Below are positions 23,936 to 32,400 of a DNA stretch of 64,000 nt, in pieces (within the stretch, counting starts at the first letter, position 1; every line of letters starts with the position of its first letter). This stretch comes from Amoebophrya sp. A120. Taxonomy: Eukaryota > Protista > Dinoflagellata. Below the pieces are notes generated by a model. The model searched no databases and was not told the DNA's origin. It was given only the letters and a program-made list of their open reading frames with translations. The translations under genes were made by a program, and so were the position numbers. The DNA lies in the NCBI GenBank assembly GCA_905178155.1, contig CAJINV010000011.1, positions 2,776,485 to 2,840,484 of the forward strand, written 5' to 3'.

Positions 23936-24039
23936 AAAAACCACCGACATCGGGATTCGAACCTCGACCCAAAATAATCCCCGCTTTTGCGGGGATGGAC
24001 AACCTCCCCCCCTTCCCAACTCGCCCAGATGGGCGAGTG
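23936..24039 (-). ncRNA. tRNA-like Pol III unit 2
   Basis: Paralogue of unit 1 with the same A box and the same GAGGTTCGAATCCCGATGTCGG, a different central hairpin (ATCCCCGC-AAAA-GCGGGGAT) and a T5 terminator. Confidence 0.55.
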
Positions 24040-24256
24040 GCAGACAAAGCGCATCGACGTCGTAGCCCCTATTGACGCAGTGCGATACGACGTCGATGCG
24101 CCTTGTCCCCTGGTTGCGCCCTGCATTGCGGCCTTTCTTTTCCCCATGCCGTTACGATGTAAACAACACGAGAACCCGGGCGACGGGTCGCGGGACGGAA
24201 CAATTCCGACGAGCAACCCGCCGTCCGTCGGAGCGTCGACTGCCCCGCGAAGGGTG

Positions 24257-24314
24257 AAAAGGGACTGCGAGTAGCAAGTCACGATATGGTACCTTGAGCC
24301 AAAATGGCTACGGT
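24257..24314 (-). ncRNA. Dinoflagellate spliced-leader (SL) RNA gene
   Basis: Minus: ACCGTAGCCATTTTGGCTCAAG (exact 22-nt DinoSL, 24314-24293), then a GT donor, a short stem-loop (GACTTGC-TACTC-GCAGTC) and TTTT; 58 nt total, the size class of dinoflagellate SL RNAs. Confidence 0.9.
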
Positions 24315-24374
24315 ACACGGAGAGTGTGTGGTTGCTCAGGTCGCAGTTGGCTGTGTCCTGCCTCACGAAGGGTG

Positions 24375-24435
24375 AAAAGGGACTGACGGAAACAACTAGG
24401 GGCCTTAACCGCTCGGCCAAATGGCCGAGCGAGTG
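24375..24435 (-). ncRNA. SL/tRNA-hybrid-like small unit 3
   Basis: Hairpin CGCTCGGCCATTTGGCCGAGCG and tRNA D-arm-like TGGCCGAGCGGTTAAGGC; shares the 20-mer CAGTCCCTTTTCACCCTTCG at its 3' end with the SL gene (24366-24385 = 24248-24267). Confidence 0.45.
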
Positions 24436-24780
24436 ATAACGTCCTCCGATCTCGGGGGCCGGAACGTCGAAAGTCGACGACCACCGTTCTCCGACGAGAA
24501 TCGAGCTAGGAACGATCTGAGTACTGATATCCGGAGCTTAGAAAGAGCCTAACAAAACCTCCGACAACCCCAAACACACCGGAAAACTGCCGAAACCTCA
24601 AAAATTTTTTTTCTTAGGAAATCCGGAAGAAAATCGGATGAAATTCCTCATCAGATGCGTCGGCCTCAAGAGTCTCGCCGGACGGATGTTTTCTCAAAAC
24701 CCTCCGGGTTGCGGTTTCCAAAACCCTTTCCGGTTCCGGTCATCTTGTTCTCGATGTTGCGCACCTTGTCGATCATTTCA

Positions 24781-26010
24781 TCAAGGTACGTTTTGCGCAT
24801 CGATCCCTCCTGGAACCAGTCTTCCTCCTCCTGACCGCTGACCAACTTCTGACTGTGGATGGCATTCATGATGAATCATCATCTTGGATTCCAGCAGCTC
24901 TTTCTGCTTCTCGGTCTCCTTTTCCAGTTTGGCGGCCATCTCACGCTCGAGCTGCAGCTTGATCTTTTTCTCGATTTCTTCCACTTGAATGAAAGAAGAT
25001 GCAGAAGAAGAAGAGGAGGAACCATTTGCTGCCCCCAGCTGTTCCTCGATCAAATGCGTCAAGTTGGCGGTGTTGTCCCGTCCCTGGACTTCCTCGATTT
25101 CCTTGAGGATGTGGTCGTGCTTTTCCGCGTCATGCTCGCGCTGCATCCGCTGTTCCTCACGGATGCTGCCAACCGCTGTCGCAAACCGCATCTCCATCGC
25201 TTCAAAATCTTTCTTCACCTCAGCTTTCTGTTCCGCCAGTTGCTGGGTGAACTTTTCCCCGAAAGAATTGAAGTTCTGATCAACGCGCACGAAAGATTCC
25301 TGGATCTTTTCTCCATCCTTCCGCAGTTGTTCCGCAGTGTCCGTCATCTGCTTTTCTTGGCCCTTTTGCAGCTGCAGCAACATGTCCATGACCTGCTTTT
25401 GTTCCTGCGTCTGCTGGTTCAAAACAGTTCCTGCGTTGACAATGCGATTGATCGTTTCTCCTTGCTGATTCTGGCGGTTGTTCAAATCCACTGCTGCACC
25501 TCCGACCTGGTAGAGCTGTTCCTCTTGTCCCAGCGCCTGGTCATTCAAGTAGTGGACCGCTCCGGCCAGAGTGGTTGCGCGATTGCGGAGTTCGCGCCCA
25601 GTTTCGATGATCAGCTCTCGATCAGAGACGTCGCTCTTGCTGCGTCCCCCTTTTCCGTAACTGGGCTTCATGTCGTGCTGTTTTCCTTTTCCGTACGGAG
25701 CCACCTGGTCGTCTCCTACACGGGCACGTTTGTAGTTGCCGTTGTACTGGGAATGATTTCCCTTACCGTTGTTTCCCTTCATCAACGGAGGCAGCACCGG
25801 GGGTTGTCCTGGCGGCGGCGGCGGAATGTTCTGGACCTTCACCATGGTGAAGCCACTTCCAGCAGTAGAAGTTCCGCTGGCAGAATTAATCCCGTCATCG
25901 CCGCTCGGTCCCGGACTGAACACCGGCACGATCTCGCTTTCCGTCGTGGTCAACACGGCGTCTAATCCTGGTGGGGAGCTCCCGCCCATGGATGCGTCGG
26001 AGATCGACAT
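24781..26010 (-). CDS. ORF1: Pro/Gly-rich N-terminus plus long coiled coil; probable frameshifted tail to 24666
   Basis: ~410-aa ORF just downstream of the PBS, rich in Q/E/K heptads; a more protein-like tail continues in another frame (24869-24666). Confidence 0.75.
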   Translation of the reverse strand: MSISDASMGGSSPPGLDAVLTTTESEIVPVFSPGPSGDDGINSASGTSTAGSGFTMVKVQNIPPPPPGQPPVLPPLMKGNNGKGNHSQYNGNYKRARVGDDQVAPYGKGKQHDMKPSYGKGGRSKSDVSDRELIIETGRELRNRATTLAGAVHYLNDQALGQEEQLYQVGGAAVDLNNRQNQQGETINRIVNAGTVLNQQTQEQKQVMDMLLQLQKGQEKQMTDTAEQLRKDGEKIQESFVRVDQNFNSFGEKFTQQLAEQKAEVKKDFEAMEMRFATAVGSIREEQRMQREHDAEKHDHILKEIEEVQGRDNTANLTHLIEEQLGAANGSSSSSSASSFIQVEEIEKKIKLQLEREMAAKLEKETEKQKELLESKMMIHHECHPQSEVGQRSGGGRLVPGGIDAQNVP

Positions 26011-26107
26011 CGTCGATAGATCACCTCGGAGTTGTTCTTTGGGCTCGTAGTACTCGAAGGCGAAGACCGCTCCGAGTGATGTTTGGAGATACAAGTCAAA
26101 CCTGTAT

Positions 26108-26118
26108 CTCCGCTACCA
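26108..26118 (-). promoter_or_regulatory. Primer-binding site (initiator tRNA-Met type)
   Basis: Minus TGGTAGCGGAG 1 nt after the 5' LTR; complementary to a ...CUCCGCUACCA tRNA 3' end. Confidence 0.85.
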
Positions 26119-26119
26119 C

Positions 26120-26600
26120 TGTCTTTTAGGTGATCGTAGTTCCCTCGGAACTAACTCTGTGTCGAAGATCGTCGAAGATAAGATCGAGACTCAGCTCGTG
26201 GAACAGATTCCCCGCGGCGATTTGTATTCTGTCTTCACAGAATGGACATTCGTTTTATTTTGTTGGACTTGTTCAACTTACAGTTAACAACATTTAGTGG
26301 CTTGAGCCACGAATACACACATCACACACACGCGAGGTTTGGGCGAAGCAAGGGCTCATTGTTCGTGTTTTGTGAAAGATGAAAACGAAACAATCAAAAC
26401 GAAAGTCAAGTTTGTCATGTGAGCGCTCACAAAGATGAAGATTGTAAAACGTAAACAAAGGTTCCGAGTTTGTGCATTTGCAATCACCAAACAAACATTT
26501 GTCCGAGTTTCCCAACTCATTTTGCTCGTGCTCTCAGAATCTCTCACTTACTTTCAATTCTCTCCGACACAGAGATAAACCTCTAGAGAGGATATTCACA
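26120..26600 (-). repeat. 5' LTR
   Basis: 481-bp copy of 681-1161, followed on the minus strand by the PBS. Confidence 0.95.
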
Positions 26601-26731
26601 ATATCGCTGCGGAAGTACTGTAAACAATCGGTGCTGTTCAGGTAGAACAAGTGCTTGGTCGTGCACCTGCTCGAAAAACCAAAAAGGACCTGCTCGTGGT
26701 CGAAAAACGAGGCCAGGTTAACAGCCTTGCC

Positions 26732-28693
26732 TCAGGCGAAAACAGCCATGACGAGGAGGAACGCCCCCAGGGCCGCTAATTCCATGCCGCACAGGTACCG
26801 GGCCCAGAACGCGACCTGTTGCTTCCTGCTGCAGAAGTACCACATGGCGTGACCCAGGATTACCGTGGCTGCAAGGACGATCAGCATCAAGCTGAGACTG
26901 CGGTTGTCGGCGAAAGACCGCTTTTTCTCAAAGTAGAACAACCGTGCTGCGAGTTTGTACTCGGAGTGTTGGGCTGCCTGAAACCAGAGGGGGGTTACCG
27001 GGGGTTTATTGGCATTCTTGGATGACGTTGGTGCCTTCATCTCCAACCGGGTCTTGTGCGTAGCTCCCGTGCATTGACGTTCATCACTGACGTCATCTGC
27101 CTCTCGTCCGGCGACCTCTTCTACCTGGTGTCCTCCTAGTTCATCTGCTCGTCCTGGTCCTCTTCTATTACTACTCTTCTTCGTTTCAAACACCACGTGG
27201 TCCAAATACACCCCACACTGCTCCCACCGTCGTTCCGCGACCGCAAGGTCGACTGGGGTGAGACCGGAATAATCGCTCTGCGCCAGTAGTCTCTTCAGTG
27301 CAACGTCGCGGGGGATAAGATTAAAGTGATCTTTCTCGGCAATGTTTTGGTCGTTTTCCTCTTCCTTCACCCGGTGCAGCAAGTAGAGAAAAGAGTCCGC
27401 GTCCTGCAAGTAGTGGAGCCAGGTTCGGCCCGAGAAGTCCGTGGCTTCGAAGAAATAAGACTGCTTCTTCTGCATATGCGCCACCGCTGCCGCGAGCTCT
27501 TCGAATTCGTCGTCGTCATCCTCGTTGTCCAGCGGTTTGCTCGTAGATTTCTTCATCGCGGTAGAATCAAATTGATTCATCTTCATCTTGGATTTCAATT
27601 TGGAATCCGGATTCTGTTGTAGGACCAGCTTCACGGCCTGGAGACGCGTCGCCGCAAAAAAAGCCGGTCGGCCGTCTCGGTCGCGCACCAGGCAAAGCGA
27701 AGCCGCCGTAGGTCGCGTGATACTTGGCGGTTGGTTGTTTACCTCGAAAATTATGAGTGTCATCTATCATGTGCCACTGCGGCGACGGTATGTGAAATTG
27801 CATTCATGCACGATATTTGTTCCAACAGCTTCAGCCTTTCTATGTATCGGGTGGGTTTGTTATTTCTTCTATCTTCTATTTCAAACTTGCGATCTTCAAA
27901 ATCAAAAATGCAACCACGATATCATCAATTCAGCAACAGTTGCAGAAATACCAAGGCGAAAAACCGCTCAGCGAATTTGCTGGTGCTGCTGGTACCGCTC
28001 GCCAAAGACAGCGCACGGTGCAGGATCGTCTCGCCGCAATCTTCGAGCAGCGAGGCCAGATTTTTCTCGGAGCGCTGAAAGTGCTCCAAACTCCGGGCGA
28101 CCAGGAAGTCGATGATTTCGGTCGGCGTCGTCTCGTTGACCAAATCGTAGGCGTAGGTGATGCATCGCGTCGTGGTTAAGATAGAAGAACAATCGCCGCG
28201 ACCACGACCATTCGTAGTTTCCCTGCGTGATGTGCTTCCTCGCGGCGAAATGCGCATGTAGCACCGCGGGATCAGCGGGCTCGAGCCAGAGCGAAGCAGG
28301 AGGTTTACGCAGTCATAGTCGTGTTGCATCATCGCCATCATGAGTAGGGGAGTCCCGTCCTCCGAGTAGTTCGGATTATGGCGCTCTCAACTGTTACATT
28401 CTCAGCTGTTACATGATTTGCCATGCAAATTTACCACCAAGATCGCCACGATTGAGCTGCTTCGCATGACAAATATCCGAAGGGCTGGACAGCATCTAAA
28501 TCTGAGCCAAATCTGTAATGCAAAAGGCGCAATCTTCCCCCTTTCACTTTCGCCGTTCTTGCATTACAAATTGATGTAACAGTTGAGAATGTAACATTTG
28601 AGAACGCCATACGGATCGGCGCCGCTCTGCAGAATTATCGCCAGCTTCTCGGCGAGGGTACTGGACCCTGCGGGAGCGGGAGCGGGTGACATC
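26732..28693 (-). CDS. Ankyrin-repeat protein with C-terminal transmembrane segments (5' end uncertain)
   Basis: Removing introner 28377-28611 gives GADPNYSEDGTPLLMMAMMQHDYDCVNLLLRSG; further ANK-like GETILHRA, GRTWLHY, GLTPVDLA; two hydrophobic stretches at the C-terminus. Confidence 0.7.
28377..28611. mobile_element. Introner-type intron
   Basis: ~38-bp TIR TATGGCGYTCTCAAMTGTTACATTCTCA...; 5-bp direct repeat CGGAT; removal restores an ankyrin motif. Confidence 0.88.
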
Positions 28694-29452
28694 TTGAGAA
28701 AAACAATATGGCGCAAGCTTCTTGAGAAAAACAAAAATAAACCTCGGGCGTATGGTATATCGCAAATACGGCGGTGGAATCACATAAGAGGGAGGGAGAA
28801 AAAACACCTAGAAAAACCTGGTGCGCCTGGATTGTCCGGGACCCTCCCAATAGAGAAGAGCAACACGACGAGGACCCTCCCCAACATACAACTACCTTGG
28901 CCCACAACTACTGGGAGGCGAAGGAGGACAAGAACTCGGGAGTCGCTCGTGCAAGAAAACACATGATCGTGATCTAGATCTATCACAAATAACAATAACA
29001 TAACATCCGCCTGGCGGACAAGAACAAACGACGATGACGCTAGCACAAAAGTGGAGAACAACCCTGAATGCGTTGGCCCACATGACTATGCCTGCGAAAC
29101 TGCTAAGTGCCCCGGACGTTCTTTCTTTGCAGCAAACTATGAGAGAGCGAGCGTCTCACTGCATGATTCTCATAGTGAAAAAAATGCATCTGGAATCATC
29201 CGAAGAACGACCAACCTGGCGCGATAATACCCGCAATGTACTACACTTTGCATATGATGATGGTTCTTCTTGCAACGAGACAAACTCTAACACAAATCGA
29301 CGAAATATGGATTCGGGACCGCACAATGATACAACCACAGTGAGTGTGAGTCTACTTGTTGTTCTTGAAATGATTTAATTCTCACCGTGTCGCTGTTGTC
29401 TTTGCCGGCTACAAACAAGTAGTTAGCAGGAGCTCTACTACTGCGTTTCCTT

Positions 29453-32400
29453 TTACTCACCGACCGGCCTTGGTGGGGCGTTGCTCAGAAACTTCTCCCG
29501 GTTCTCGTTGAGCCACTGAGTTACCGACTTCGCCCATTCGTCGCGGTTCGGGTTCTTATCCGGGTGGTATTTGCGAATCAGGTTCTTCACAAATTTGTCC
29601 CGGTCCTCCTTGTATTTGTACTCCGACTCTTCCTCGTTGTCCGACTCTGCCGCTTATCCATAGGAAATTTTCCGTACATCTACATGTTGTACAAACGCGG
29701 TTTCCGTATGAAAAAATGTTCCTTCATTCCTATTCAGCATGACAGGTGGCATGTTGTAAGTGTAAGTTGGCGAAATTTGAAACATGCATTTTGTAGTAAG
29801 TAGGTGTAACGGTCGCTGTACGGAAAATTCACATTGCATACCGGCTGAAAGATGGTGGTGAACTGTTCCGCCAGGTCCTTCGTCTCCTGGTGCACCGCAT
29901 ACCCAAGATCGGCCCATGCGGTGAAGGTGACAGTCTCGCTTTCGCGGTCCGTTCGCTCCTCGGAAGAGCCTTCTCCAGCGTCATCGGCATCTGCATCGTT
30001 GCTCTGCTCGGCCTCCGGTTCATCTTGCTGGGGAGTTTCGTATCTACTATGGTGAAAGCTTGTTCCGCGGCCAGTACTATCTTGTTCCTCCCGCCCTGTA
30101 CAGGACGCGCTTTTGTTTCCAGCAAACCCATCTCTGTCATCTTGTCCCGCGCCACAGCCTGCAGAGGATTCCGGCGCCGGAGCGCCGGCAGAGCCAGAAG
30201 CTCCGGCTCCTTGCGGAGGGGCCGCTGGTGTAGTACCAGAGCCGGCCGCAAAATTGGCGTTCTTTCCAGCTGTGGTGGAAGAAGAGGATGCGGAGGATGC
30301 AGCGCCACTTGCTGTTGCTGTTGCTCCGCCGCCGAAAAAGTCTTTGCTGTCGTTCTCAGTCTCACCTGATGAAGTGATGAAGTGGAAGTTGGTAGAAGTT
30401 TTCATGCAGTACAGAACGAAATCAAAGCAGATACCAGGAGGACGAGCAAACAGCACCTCCGGCCACAAAGAAGCAGCAATTCTCGGGTTGTGATGAAGAT
30501 CTTCATCTGATGGTCCTTTTGCACAACGTCCTCGACAAGAACCTCAAGTGTAGTTGAAGCGTCTGCATCTGCTGTCACATCTTCATGTAGTCGATCTTGA
30601 TTTAGTTTATTGTCATTACCTGCAGCCGCCCCACCTTCCCCGACGTCATCCTGATTCTGTCCTCTACCCGCCTCCGCAGTCGTGTCGCTGGACGAAAACA
30701 GTTCGGTGTAGTCGCGGGAATACACACCCTCGCCCCACGCAATCCTTTCCGGATTCATGTTTTTCTTGAGACACTGCCCAAACCCGAACGCTTTGTACTG
30801 CACACCCCAGGGGTCCGTGTACTGCAGCAGCCGCCGCAGGTCGTCGTTGCTGACATACCGCTTCTGCTTCGGCGCGTCAATGGTAGTTTTCGCGATCCCG
30901 CGCTTCAGCGTTTGCAGTTTGAAAATGTGCTCCTCAATCGTGCCACGAGTGATCAGGCGGTAGCAGATCACCTGGTGTCGCTGCCCGATGCGGTGCATGC
31001 GGTCGACCGCCTGTTCGTCGACCTGTGTGTAGAAGTACTAGATGAACACGGTTGTCAATTTTAAAAATTCCACTTGCAGCACTAAGTGCTGGTATATTAC
31101 GTCACATACGGGGAATAAAATGCAAGCAGCGACTACTTTCTTTTCATCAGGCGTTGGCGTGAAAAACCCTCGAGCTCATATTACACATGCACACCTCATC
31201 ATATCAAATTAGTCAAACTCCCATACGAAAAATACCGCGGGGTTCCACCACGGGTCACACAGCACCATCCTTGTGGCTTGCGTCAAGGTCAACCCCACGC
31301 CTCCCACCTGCACCGTCATCAGCAACCCGTCGCTGCGGTCGCTGGGGTCCTGAAAGGTATCCAGCGCGACCTCCCGGTCCTTGCCCTTCACGTCGCCGTC
31401 GACGCGGAGGCATTTGAAGTGATTCGGCGTGATGATCGCCCGCTCGACGAGATCCAGAAAGGCTTTCGAGGAGGAAAACACGATGAACTTGCGCCGCTGG
31501 TTCCGCCACCGGGTAAGCAGCTTCAACAAGGCCTGGAGTTTGACGCCGCTGTTGATTAGCCCCTCGGGGGACTGGTTCGGAACTTTCTCCGAGGCGTAGA
31601 CCTGAAAGTTTTGAGAAGAAGTGCATACTTCTTTGCTTTCAGGAAAATAGGGCGACGTCGCAAAGAAAGAACGACCATCGTACTAGTACTTACTTCCTGG
31701 TGCTGGTCCACCTCTCTGTTACTGTTACTGTTTCTCGTATACACATTTCCATCAGTACGGAGATGTGGAACTAGCTAGCCAAGACCGGTGAACACGATCA
31801 TCATCTTGATAATTTTTGCAGTTGTACAACTTGAACTTACTGTTACTTCATCATCGCCGCCTTCGCAGTCCTCACTTCTGTCGGTCCAGTGCCTTTCGTG
31901 GTCTTCCAGGTCCAGGATGGGGTGCTGGCAGATTTTCCGCAGCTGGCTCATGTGCGCAAAAACGTAGCTGATGACCTCCTGTCGCCCGGCGTTCTTCTTT
32001 GTGCCCTGTTTCACGTGCTCGAGCTCCGTGACCTTCGTGTAGGCCTTCTCCTGCCCCGACTCGCTCTGGAACGGTAAAAACACGGCGACCTCCTTCTTCT
32101 TGGGCAACTGCACCACCCCGTCCTTCCCCAAAACTTGCTCCTTCGTCCGCCGGAGAAGATACGGGCGCATCACTTCCCGCAACTCCCGTGCCCTTTTGTT
32201 CTTCTCCTGCACCTGGTCCACATCGGCGTCGATGAAATTCCCGGAGCGCAACACGGCCGTATACTGTTCTTTGAAATTCTTCAAAGTCTCAAATTTCGCA
32301 GTCAGCGTCGCGGACACCAGCGTAAGTAGCGAGTGGAGGTCCTCCGGGCGGTTCTGTATCGGCGTGCCCGTCATTACCACCTTCTGCAGCGTTTTCAGCT

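Larger units (their letters stand above)
681..26600 (-). mobile_element. Giant (~25.9 kb) Ty1/copia-type LTR retrotransposon with cargo
   Basis: Two 481-bp TG...CA direct repeats (681-1161, 26120-26600); ATAT at 677-680 and 26601-26604; PBS next to the right LTR; gag-PR-IN-RT-RH polyprotein in copia order. Confidence 0.93.

Noticed and set aside
23672-24039. Canonical tRNA genes
   Set aside because: A and B boxes are present, but acceptor and anticodon stems do not pair into a cloverleaf.
23776-24420. 214-aa minus-strand ORF
   Set aside because: Overlaps the SL gene and Pol III-like units; better explained as non-coding RNA sequence.
10790-24680. Interpretation as a cleanly bounded nested DNA transposon
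   Set aside because: The inverted segments are discontinuous and I found no target-site duplication at any candidate end; kept only as an alternative hypothesis.
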